DNA from: Phoronis australis
Lineage: Eukaryota; Animalia; Phoronida
DNA: 64,000 nucleotides
Reading direction: 5' to 3'
NCBI GenBank assembly: GCA_002633005.1
Contig: NMRA01000225.1
Coordinates: 591,115 to 655,114 of the forward strand
A program made the translations under genes and the position numbers. This document shows, piece by piece, positions 1-11,796 of this stretch. The first letter of the stretch is position 1. Each line of letters starts with the position of its first letter. Under the pieces are notes generated by a model, which did no database searches, was not told the origin of the DNA, and was given only the letters and a program-made list of their open reading frames with translations.

Positions 1-3000
1 TTAAAAAATTACTTTTCTAAGTAATTGGGTCATCCAATCAGGTGAAATAGGTCAAAGGTCATTAGGTGTAAACTAAAATTTTGAGCTAGACACTTCAAAT
101 TGACAGGTCTGATTGCCACAGGTTGATCAATTCGGAATCCAAAGTTTCAGTTCATTTAGTGCAAACATGGGGTCATTAGGTGCATTTTTCTTCTGAAAGC
201 TTGACCAATTCATTCATCTTGTATTCTGAAGTGCTTAAAGTAAATTATCTGTGATTCTTAGCATTAACCACACTTTAAATCGAGTTTACAATTATTCCCT
301 CATCGGGGTTCATGATGCACCGGAAGAGGTCGATTAGTGGAAAGGTCATCAAAATATTAACATGTAATTTCTCTTACAACATTAAAGAATTCCCTTTTAT
401 AATGGTAAACGGGTTGCTGTCAGTAATTTCCCAAAAATAACTCCAGTAATACGCACGCGCAGAGTCCATTATTGTCACGCTGTGACAATAATTTTTCCAG
501 TTCTTCTTCTTCTTATTCTTATTCTTATTCTTCTTCCGACAACCCTTGAGGCTTAATAACTCCAAATTTTGTGCAGGTACGGTCTTTAAATTCAGCATAT
601 TATGACTTTTCACAGTATATAAATTTTGATTGGTTATATAATCATATTCCATATTGCACCGGAAAAGGTCGTTTGGTGCAAAGGTCATATAATTTTCAAA
701 ATGCTACTCCTCCTTCAGTTTTAAAGCTATTTTTTTCAAATTCGGTGTACAGGTAAAGGTCAACAGGACAATTTAAAAAATTACTTTTCTAAGTAATCGG
801 GTCATCCAATCAGGTGAAATAGGTCAAAGTTCATTAGGTGCACACTAAAATTTTGAGCTAGACACTTCAAATTGACATGTCTGATTGCCACAGGTAAATC
901 AAATCGGAATCCAAAGTTTCAGGTCATTTAGTGCAGACATGGGGTCATTAGGTGCATTTTTCTTCTGAAAATTTGACCTTTTCATTCAGCAAGTATTCTG
1001 ATGTGTCAACCGTTAGACAACTGTGATTCTCAGCGTTAAACACATTTCCCATGGGCTTTGCAATAATTCTCCTAAAGATGCTTAAAATGCACCGGATCAG
1101 GTCAATTAGTGCAAAGGTCATGTAACGTTCAACATGTTATATCTCTTACGCTTTTCAAGGAATTCTTTTCAATTTCAGCACACTGGTGTAAGTCAACATG
1201 CCAATTGAATACCCTACTCTACTTTGCAATAGGCCTAACCAATCAGAAAAAATAGGTCAAAGGTCATTGAGTGCAAACTAAAATTTTGAGCTAGAGACTT
1301 CAGAATTACGTATCTGTTTACTAAGTGCGTTTGAGTTTGAATTCTAAATTTTCAGGTCATTTGGTGCACCCATGGGGTCATTAGGTGCATTTTCCTTCTG
1401 AAAGTTTGACCACTTCATTCATCTTGTATAATTCTGAAGTGCTTAAAGTAAAACAACTGTGATTATAAGCATTAACCACAGTTTTAATCAAGTTAACAAT
1501 TACTCCCTCATCGGGGCTCATAATGCACCGGTAGAGATCAATTAGTGGAAAGGTCATAAAATTAATATGTAATCTCTCCTACAATTTTAAAGAATTCCTT
1601 TTCATATTGGTAAACGGGTTGCTGTCAGTAACTTCCCATAATAATTCCAGTAATACGCACGCGCAGAGTCCGTTATTGTCACGCCGTGACAATAATATTT
1701 CTAGCTACTCTGCGCGTCTAAGCGCAGAGTACTGTTGTTCCTGGGTTTTTTTCAATTTTATTCTTATTCTTATTCTTATTCTTCTTCCGACCAAATTTGA
1801 GGCTTAATAACTCCAAATTGGGTGCAGGAACGGTTTTTAAATTCAGCATGTGATTCTTGACAGTATATAAATTTTGATTAGTTATATAATCATATTCCAT
1901 ATTGCACCGAAAGAGGTCGTTTGGTGCAAAGGTCATATAATTTTTAAAATGCAACTCCTTCTTCAGTTTTAAAGCTATCTTTTTCAAATTCGGTGCACAG
2001 GTATAAGTCAACATGAGAATTTAAAAAATTACTTTTCTAAGTAATCGGGTCATCCAATCAGGTGAAATAGGTCAAAGGTCATTAGGTGCAAACTAAAATT
2101 TTGAGCTAGACACTTCAAATTGACAGGTCTAATTGCCACAGGTAAGTCAAATCGGAATCCAAAGTTTCAGGTCATTTAGTGCAAACATGGGGTCATTAGG
2201 TGCATTTTTCTTCTGAAAATTTGACCTTTTCAATCAGCAAGTATTCTGATGTGTCAACCGTTAGACAACTGTGATTCTCAGCGTTAAACACATTTTCCAT
2301 GGGCTTTGCAATAATTCTCCTAAAGATGCTTAAAATGAACCGGAGAAGGTCAATTAGTGCAAACGTCATGTAACGTTCAAAATGCTATATCTCTTACGTT
2401 TTTCAAGGAATTGATTTTAATTTCAGCACACTGGTGAAAGTCAACATGCCAATAAAATACCCAACTTTACTTCGCAATAGGCCTAACCAATCAGAAAAAA
2501 TAGGTCAAAGGTCATTGAGTGCAAACCGAAATTTTGAGCTAGAAACTTCGGAATTACGTATCTGTTTACTAAGTGCGATTGAGTATGGATTTTCAGGTCA
2601 TTTGGTGCACCCATGGGGTCATTAGGTGCATTTTTCTTCTGAAAGTTTGACCATTTCATTCATATTGTATTCTGAAGTGCTTAAAGTAAAACATCTGTGA
2701 TTCTTAGCATTAACCACACTTTTAATCGAGTTAACAATTACTCCCTCATCGGGGCTCATAATGCACCGGAAGAGGTCAATTAGTGGAAAGGTCATCAAAA
2801 AATTAATATGTAATTTCTCCTACAATTTTAAAGAATTCCTTTTCATATTGGTAAACGGGTTCTGTCAGTAACTTCCCATAATAATTCTAGTAATACGCGC
2901 GCGCAGAGTCCGTTGTTGTCACGCCGTGACAATAATCTTTCTAGTTCTTTTTATTCTTCTTCCGACCAAGCTTGAGGCTTAATAACCCCAAATTGGGCGC

Positions 3001-4540
3001 AGCAACGTTGTTTAAATTCAGCATATCATTTTTGACTGTACATAAATTTTGATTCTTTATATAATCATATTCCATAATGCACCGGAAGAGGTCATTTGGT
3101 GCAAAGGTCACACAATTTTCAAAATGCTACTACTACTTTATTTTAAAAGCTATTTTTTTCAAATTCGGTACACAGGTATATCTCTAAAAGTCAATTTAAA
3201 AATTACTTTTCTAAGTAATCGGGTCATCCAATCAGGTTAAACAGATCAAAGGTCATTAGGTGCAAACTAAATTTTTGAGCTAGACACTTCAAATTCACAG
3301 GTCTGATTTGCACAGGTAATTCAATGCGGAATCCAAAAATTCAGGTTATTTAGTGCAAACATTGGGTCATTAGGAGCATTTTTCTTCTGAAAATTTGACC
3401 TTTTCATTCACCAAGTATTCTGATATGTCAACTGTTGGACAACTGTGATTCTCAGCATTAAACACATTTTTCATGGGCTTTGCAATAATTCTCCTCAAGG
3501 CGCTTGTAATGCACCTGATATGGTCAATTAGTGCCAAGGTCATCTAACGTTCAAAATGTTATATCTCACGTTTTTCAAGGAATTCTTTTCAATTTCAGCA
3601 CACTGGTGTAAGTCAACATGCCAATTGGATATTCTACTTTACTACGCAATACGTCTAACCAATCAGAAAAAATAGGTCAAAAGTCATTGAGTGCAAACTA
3701 ACATTTTGAGCTAGACACTTCAAATTCACAAGTCTGATTGGTACGTTTAATTCAATTTGAAAGACGAAGTTTCAGGTCATTTAGTGCAAACATGGGGTCT
3801 TTAGAAGCATTTTTCTTCTGAAAGTTTGACATTTTCAATCAGCAAGTATTGTGATGTGTCAACCGTTAGACAACTGTGATTCTCAGCATTAAACATATTT
3901 TTCATGAGCATTGCAATAATTCTCCTAAAGACGCTTATAATGCACCGGGTCAATTAGTGCAAAGGTCATCTAACGTTGAAATTGTTATATCTCCTACATT
4001 TTTCAAGGAATTCTTTTCAAGTTCAGCACACCATGCCAATCGAACGTCCTACTTTACTATGCAATAGGCCTAACCAATCAGAAAAATAGGTCGAAGGTCA
4101 CTGAGTGCAAACTAAAATTTTGAGCTAGAGACTTCAAAATTACATATCTGTTTAGTAAATGTGATTGAGTTTTAATTCTAAATTATCAGGTCATTTGGTG
4201 CACCCATGGGGTCATTAGGTGCATTTTTCTTCTGAAAGTTTGATCAATTCATTCATGTTGTATTCTAAAGTGCTTAAAGTAAAACATCTGTGATTCTGAG
4301 CATTAACCACATTTTTAATCGAATTTACAATTATTCCCTCATCCGGGCTCATAATGCACAGAAAGAGGTCAATTAGTGGAAAGGTCATCAAAATATTAAC
4401 ATGTTATTTTTCCTACAATTTTAAAGAATTCCTTTTCAAATTGGTAAACGGGTTGCTGTCAGTAACTTCCCATATGAATTCCTTTAATACGCACGCGCAG
4501 AGTCCATTATTGTCACGCCCTGACAATAATCTTTCTAGTT
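1..4540 (+). mobile_element. Tandem array of Helentron-associated (HINE/DINE-1-like) non-autonomous units, ~1.2-kb higher-order period built from ~430-bp related subunits
   Basis: The head CCAATCAG...AGGTCAAAGGTCA recurs at ~35, 806, 1239, 2054, 2487, 3227, 3659 and 4074. Each unit ends with ACGCGCAGAGT or a near variant (~455, 1659, 2899, 4493), then a hairpin (TTATTGTCAC-NNN-GTGACAATAA or near variant) and CTAG (CCAG in the first unit). At 1707-1731 an intact 5' end shows the complementary ACTCTGCGCGT plus inverted GCGCAGAGTA, followed by a (TTATTC)n microsatellite. Confidence 0.75.
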
Positions 4541-6585
4541 GCGTTATGATTTCCGTCTGTTGACTGCTCGACTGAGTTTTGATCGGTTGTTTTAGTTATC
4601 AAGTCAAGCCTAATTTCAAGCTACCTTTTCATTTTGACACGGTTCATCAATTGGGACCACCAGCGATTCCTGTGCAAATGTCACAAACCCGACAATATGC
4701 GGTCACCCAGCCTAAAAATGGAGAGGCTCGGATTTTTGAGAATGTAGACCTTTCACTAAGATTCACTGGGTGCGCTTANGGGGGGGGGGGCAGGGTAGAG
4801 TATTAGCCAGGATTTTGCCTGTCATCCATTCGCATCCCCGAAATTCACAATGGAATCTGGGAGAACGTTAATAAGGGAGGGGTGGTCATGGCCTCCTTGG
4901 CCCCCCTAAGCCCTAAATTCGCCACTGGTTTCTGAATGATTCGTTTGTGCAATGCTTACTTGTTGCCCACATGCTTTATGTTAGCTTGATTTCTGAATAT
5001 TATCTATAGTATATTTACCTATTCCCGTGAAATATAATTTAAAAATTGAAAGTTTACCTTGTAAAAAGTCCAATTCATTACTTTGTGTTGCTGACATTGT
5101 GCATTGCACTTGCTAATTTTCCCTTTCTTAACAGACTATCCCACTTTTGGATTTCGTACGCCATCCCGTCACACTAACACAATTGGCAGCACTGATATAC
5201 ACTACCGTTATTTCCCACGCGACATGACACTATTTTCTCGTTCGACTAAAAAGAAAAAACGGGTCGGACATTTCATGAATTTTTGTTGCCCCCCACAATG
5301 CATTGCTTATTCGACTTAAAAAAACGCAATCGGGCGCTTTTTAATGAAGGTCTCCCGTTCGACAAAAAACGTTGTCGGGACGTTCTTGTGTGTTGCAGCG
5401 AACTTTCCACCCTTTCATTTTGGCATGGACCAAGATGCCCCGCTTTTTCTGTAAGTCCCGCTTTTCACTCCAGTTTTCCCATTTTTTAATTCTCGAATGT
5501 CGGCAAGTATGGAACAGGTGTTCATGTGTCTGTGACTTGTTAGTTTACACAGTCCACTTTCCTTAGTAACATAACAATAGTTCCCTACCATATGCTCCCC
5601 CTATCTTCATGGACATTCCGTCTTATTTAAACAAAAAGAATCTATAATCCATTCATAACCAAGTTCGTCAAAAACACTAAAAAAACAGAAAAGAATTGGG
5701 AGCAAGCCCTAAATATCACAACAACTAAAGAGGGGTAAAGGAAAGCCTACGGTTGTTCAATTAACTTTCTGATACCATTGTAATGTGGTTCAAGTTCAGA
5801 ATGAATCATAGGATTATAAGTGCAAATACTTATCTTCACCAGATTGGAGTTTTACCAAACAATTGTTGCTCTAAAAACGAGTCAGAGAATCTTCTAAATT
5901 TGCAATGGTTTTGATATTGTAAAACCTTTTTGGATTTCGTTTAGGGAATGGATTTGTCAGAAAAGTTATCAAACTTTTGAACTAACGCCCATAAATATAT
6001 TTTGGGAAAATTTGATGGACCAAAAATATTTGTCTCGGGAAATTGCCCATGTACAAAAGAAGACTAAAAAACCTCCAACCCAATTTCGAAGTTCCCAAAA
6101 TGGGAATTATTAATCACTATGATCATCAAGAAAACATATGTTAAAAAAATTGTAATCACAAGAAATTTTTGGGCAGGTGTACCCTTATGGCTCATAGTCA
6201 CTTGCGGTAATACCTCATTTCTCTCTGTTTGCTGTTATCCCCATAGGCGCGCGCGCGTATGCGTGGTGTAGATGAATGTGCGTTTCTTAAGTCATTTCAT
6301 GAGTAATGCTACTTCATGTCTACAATCGTAAAAATGAGTTCCCATGCCCTTTGTTTACGGTAACACTCAATGCCTGTATCAGGATCACCAGTTTTATTTT
6401 CTGAAGAAATGAGTTTATTTACAAAATACTGGAAAGTCTTACATTGCTGCCTATGTAATGATCTATGCACAGTGCATTTCAAACCCAACATGATATGTCT
6501 GTTTACGTTTTATCAGAAAGCCTTCAAATTTCGGATAGGTAGTTGGAGAAATTAGTTTATCACATTTTTACTTGGCATTCGAATT

Positions 6586-6740
6586 CCACCATGTGTGTTG
6601 CTCTGACACTAAGTTTTGTCTTTTGTTTTTTGTTTGTTCGCACTCTACAAGTCGCAGTTTTCGTCCAATTCTCATCAAGTTTACAAAAGGACCTATAGGC
6701 CTAGTTCCTGATTAGCTGGAAGCCTATTGTTTTTCGTCGT
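6586..6740 (+). repeat. Dispersed repeat fragment, with a related copy at ~9378-9445
   Basis: CCATGTGTGTTGCTCTGACACTAAGTTTTG...TTTGTTCGCACTCTA resembles CCAAAGTATGTTGCTCTCACACACTAAGTTG...TTTGTACTCTA. Confidence 0.45.
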
Positions 6741-8299
6741 GATCAGATTCAAAAGGGAGGGCGTGCTCATAGCGGCTGCAATTTTGACATAAAGGGCTGA
6801 ACATTAGAACATTATTCTGTTCATGATTCCACTACTGTATGCCCCGTTTACCCACGTGCAAGCACTTTAATGGTTTCTTTGTTGGGTTAAACCAGAAAGT
6901 CCCCTGCCACAGTAGGCCGGGCTGGCTTGAATACTTGGTTTTACCAAACCTGCTCCTTGGTCTAACAAAACCAGGCTTTCAGACTTTTAAACTACGTTGG
7001 TGAAATGAAAGTTAAGTAGTCTAAAATTATATAAGGTTTAGGAAGACCAGGTTTAAGTCCGGCCAGCCTAAACCTGTTTGTTAAACCACCTTTATTGGTT
7101 ATGCCTCATCTTATCTACATGTAAGCTGCAATATCGAGTTACACATGTTGCTTCTCTTTGTGTTGTACTGGTTATAGTTACGTTTCATTAGTTTATCTCA
7201 TCGGTTTCATTGACTTCGCCAGTGATACAAAATTAACAGCAAAAAAGCGGGACATTTCAGGGTGTGGCGAGACGGCAACGCGCGTTAAACCACAAAGGGG
7301 GGCATATGGTAATAGAAAAAGCGACGCCAGGATCTAAACGGCTTGGCATGTTTAGGCGCTTCGGATACACCATCATTAGAAGAGAGAAAAAAACAGTGAC
7401 CACCTTGCTAGGCCGAACAAAAAGTAATAATACACAGATATAGTCAGTTACAGGGGAGTAACAGTAGACTAGACTAACAATGACAATCTGTGGTGTGCCA
7501 GTCATGAGAACGGGCGTGTACAACTATGTGTTGAGCCTCAGTCACGAACTTGAAGCTCCTTTAGTGTTGTTTCTGCTTGGTATATTATAGCAAAGTCACT
7601 GAAAAAACATTGCTCATAAGAATGTTTGGAGCTCTGCAGAGTAACTTCTGTCAGAATTTATATTTTCCCTGGAAAATAATTTTGCCAATATAACTGGAGC
7701 CACACTCCAACACAGATAAATTTGTGCACTACCATCTGGACCGTAGATCCATTGGGATTTTGTCCTTAGGATTAGATAAAGTTTTAGGGACTTGAATGTT
7801 AATACAACTCCCTAAGTTAACACAGTAATAAATCACCAATTTGTCGAGTTTTCTATGAGCAATCTTGACGTAAAAACCAACACGGTATTTTAAAGTACTT
7901 AATTGTAGTAGGCTCTGTTTACAGGATGAATATCATCAGGGTTACGTTGCAGTCTTGCTTCAGTACCCTATTGACTAGTTCGAGCGGACAGCCATTCTTT
8001 TGCAAATTCGATGAAAGTTCTTAAAAATTAGAATCAAATCTAGTGCAAGTGTTGTTATTGATGCGAAATATCCTGTCTAAAGTTTTAGTGAGATCCACCT
8101 AAACAAAGGATGTGAAGCAATGAAAACAATGGAGTGTACAGTCCTGTGTAGGTCTTCTTACGAAATACTGCATGATGTTACCTCACGCTCAACTAACACG
8201 TCAAAAATGGCAATATGTTGTCCACTTCTATATCTATACTGAATTTCAAGTTAGGATGCCTCGAGTTCAAATATCAAGTACCAATTCCTGGGCTGACAG

Positions 8300-8520
8300 C
8301 TGATTTTCAACTATTGTACAAAACACACCATCCATATATCGTCGATATAGAAGTAGACACGAGGACCATGTAGCGTATGTCTCGATCCATGTTTTCTCAT
8401 GGTGACCTAGACACCGCCGGCTATAAATATGGGAGCCAAAGGTGAAACCATAGCTATATACCACCAATCTTGTTAAAAACCTCCCCATCAAGAGTGAAAT
8501 AGGTTTTGCTGGTTGCAAAG
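8300..8520 (-). mobile_element. Degenerate Penelope-like reverse transcriptase fragment
   Basis: The minus strand reads, with a frameshift, IAMVSPLAPIF...LGHHEKTWIETY...LLYRRYMDGVFC. This resembles the Penelope RT motifs GxAMGSPLxP and YxRYxDDxF, with the catalytic DD decayed. Confidence 0.6.
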
Positions 8521-8956
8521 TTAAATAGCTCCATGAGTTCAGCTTGAGTAACTGCCTCTTTTCAATGGGCCCGGACCTTTTTTCATGATACAGTCAGTAG
8601 CCAAAGATATGCATTCGTCCATAGCTAGGTTAGAAACAAACTCACAATATCAAAAGAAGCCATGAACCGACAAGAGAACTTGACTTGATTATGGTGCTTC
8701 AATAAACTCCGGGAAACATGTCAAGCCGTTGTAAATCCGTCGTTTTTATTAACAAAGGAGGGGCAGTTAGCAAGTGTGCATTGATCATCACCCGACCTGT
8801 GACCTGGAGTTATGCTTGCTTATGCCCCTGCAGTAGCTAAAAATCTTTAAACAAGCGCATTTACACTACAGATATTTCAGCAGAGTAATGAGCAATTTTT
8901 GTATTTTATCTTTAGTTGCACTTTCGTTTGAGAAAAAAAGGGAACTGTGGTTGACC

Positions 8957-10980
8957 ATGAATTGTGACCAATGCAAGTTCGACAAACTGTATCGGGAGTA
9001 CCCTCAAGTGCCTCTCACTCGGGACTGCCAACATCCGCCGTTAACCTGCATGAGGGTGAGTCACCGTTCTTGGCTTTATACCTGCCAAACTCGATCATGC
9101 TGTGTCCGTGGTGCTTGTGGCACACGTGTTTAGCACTGCCGCGTTCTGCAAGCTGGTCAGCGTATAATACTAGCTTCACCCCGTGTCGCCAGTGTCTCTA
9201 CTGAACGGGATCCAGCTTTATATAATCTCAGATATATCAAACAATGTTTAGTCTATCTGAGATATAATGTATCAAAGGCCTCAGTGATTGTTCTTTAAAG
9301 AAGGCTTTATAGACTCACCTACTTTCAGGATGCCTCAGTGTTGTGTCCCGCCTTGACATGTGTTATTACTAAATTTCGCCAAAGTATGTTGCTCTCACAC
9401 ACTAAGTTGTTTTTTTTTGTTTGTACTCTAAACAGTCTTCAGTTGGAGGAAAACCAGTGCAGACACGTGTAGTCCTACCACACGTAAAATAGTATGGAAC
9501 GCAGTTAAGTCTAAAGTGAATGATAGCCCTTTTATGGTATGTTTGAGGAAATACGACGTGTATCAAAACTTGGCACTAACAATTTCACCAGAAACCAGTC
9601 TGGCGTCCAGTCTTCATATACAGATTGTTCTGCGGAGATTCGCTAGTTGTGTTGCTTCAAAGAAACGAACCCGAATGTTCTAACGAAGTCAAATGTGTAT
9701 AATCTATTGTTAACCACTGTGAATGTGTTCCGTGCGAAAGAACTACATTGTGCACAGAATGCATCACGTTGTTGTACATTGCAAGATTTAAATCATGAGT
9801 AACAGTAGCACATTTTCTCACCAGTGCACACTTGCGGCAGTCAGTCAGTTCAAGAAATGTCCAGACTGTCAGACTCCAGTGTCTCCCGATGCACCGCCCG
9901 TCCAAGACATTGAACGACGGCTGAAGTTCATGTTCTCCGTTCACAGCGCGCCTGTGGCTAATGTTACTGAACAGAGAAAATTGCGCATCGCCACATTGAC
10001 GGGAGAGTACTTCACAGTACCCTACCAAGAACAAATGACTGTGCTTAGATTGAAGCGAGTCATCCAGGTAGAAACTGGTCAACAAGTTACTAACCAGACG
10101 TTGCTTTTCTCTGGAACTGACCTTAAGGTACGTTTTAATTCAGATACTTTTATCACAGAAACTGAAGGTTAAAACGGCTATCAACACCGCCTTCCGTCAC
10201 AGAAGCCATTTTTTTAATTAGACCGCCAGCTAGTTACCTGTTAAAGTGTCAAGTAAGACAGAATTTCAGAGCATCTGGGCAGAATTAATAGTTCGTTATT
10301 GTTCGAGAGCAAACTCTACAGGAACATGCTCTTTTTGATAACCGAACTGAATCTGTTTACAGATTCGCCGACCCAACGGTGCACTGGCATCCCTGGAAGA
10401 CTATGGGATTACCGAGGGTCAGACCATCCATCTCATCACTCTGATGTACGCCATTCCAGATGATTTCGACCACGTGACCTTTGACCTGTCGTGGGGTTAT
10501 CCTGCATCTGGCATAGATGCGTTAGATGCGTCTTGCTTCGCATTTAGCGGCTCGTCTCTACTCTTCATCGCTGATTACAGAAATATAAAGCCAGAGCAAG
10601 CTAGTTTTTCGGTCTGGCATTCTGGAGACAGAATGGATGATGAACGTAAGGTCGGCCATCACTGTATTGAAGTGAAACTCAAGGAGCTGCCACAAAATGT
10701 CACCCATCTGTTCTTCAGCTTGAGTGCTTGGAAAGCGCCATCAATTGCCAGCTATCCCAACCCAACTCTGAATTTTTATGAGGCATCTAACAACGGGGAC
10801 AACCTGTGCTCCACAACACTTCAGCACGTGCTCGACTCACGTGCAGTGATCATGTGCTTTGCAACAAAAGCAGAGGGACTGTGGCAAATTTTTGAATCGG
10901 GAAAACGGTCCGACGGATATGCGGAAGACTATGGGCCACTGGTTGAAACAATACAAGGCATTATTAAGGAAGGCATTTGA
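8957..10980 (+). CDS. RING finger - ubiquitin-like - TerD-domain fusion protein, ~339 aa; exons 8957-9055, 9825-10127, 10363-10980
   Basis: Both introns are phase-0 GT-AG (AGG|GTGAGT...CCAG|TGC and AAG|GTACGT...ACAG|ATT). The spliced product has a C3HC4-like RING (CDQC...CQH...CMRC...CPDC), a Ubl (LRIATLTGEYFTV...TVLRLKRVIQ...QTLLFSGTDL...LEDYGITEGQTIHL) and a TerD-like domain (FDLSWG...DALDASC...WHSGD...IEVKLKELPQNVTHLFFSLS). A possible acceptor at 8915 could add an upstream exon. Confidence 0.85.
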
Positions 10981-11796
10981 ACAACTATGCAGAAAAAACA
11001 AATATTCGACCAACAAATCCTTTGTGTTGAGAGAACATAAAAGCGATTGCAGCCTCAGTCTAGTGAAAGAAAATGACAGCCCAAAGACAACACATTTGTT
11101 TCATTCACCGATATTTAGACACATCTTGTTCTTATAAGACACTTTCCACCACACAATTGTGTGGAAAGCATGATCACTACAAAGAATTATCACTGTTTTT
11201 AATCTTCATTATGCCACATATGAACTGTCAGAGGCGCTGAAAGGCTGACCCGATAATAACTCGTTATCGACAGCTTACTATGTCGCAACTATTGGACAAC
11301 GACTGCTACGGGAATTGACATTCTGAGGTACTCAAGACAAGAGTAACCAGCAACAAACTGAGCGACTGATTTACGCATTTTACCGTGTATAATTTAAGTA
11401 TATAAAGAGCTGTCAACAACAACTCTTCAAGTCGCGCTTTTTGTGACGGTGTTATCAGAAATAATATTTGTACTAATATTTTATCTTCGTCCCTATTCTT
11501 TATATGTGTATTCTGTCATGATGAATGACCTTATTTCGCGCACCTGGGTCTCCTTTTCATCTCTGGTAACGAGCTTGTCACGCACATACACTATGTTTTA
11601 TCGTAGGTAAATATGTCAACGACAAACAATAATGCTCGAGAACATGTATTAAAGAGACAAAATATAAACACCTATTCGGACAACAGGACTGCAAAGAAAT
11701 CAACCAGCACATCAGATTTCTCCATCACTCTGGGCATTACATAACCAACACCGGTTCATACACTTCACTGCAGTCGTTTTTCCACGTAAGTGGCAC

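Noticed and set aside
374-4563. Short ORFs within the left repeat array
   Set aside because: They are translations of repeat and microsatellite sequence, with stops and frameshifts differing between copies.
10444-10980. Bacterial contamination or a stand-alone terD gene
   Set aside because: It is the last exon of a GT-AG spliced gene contiguous with animal genes, with no ter operon nearby.
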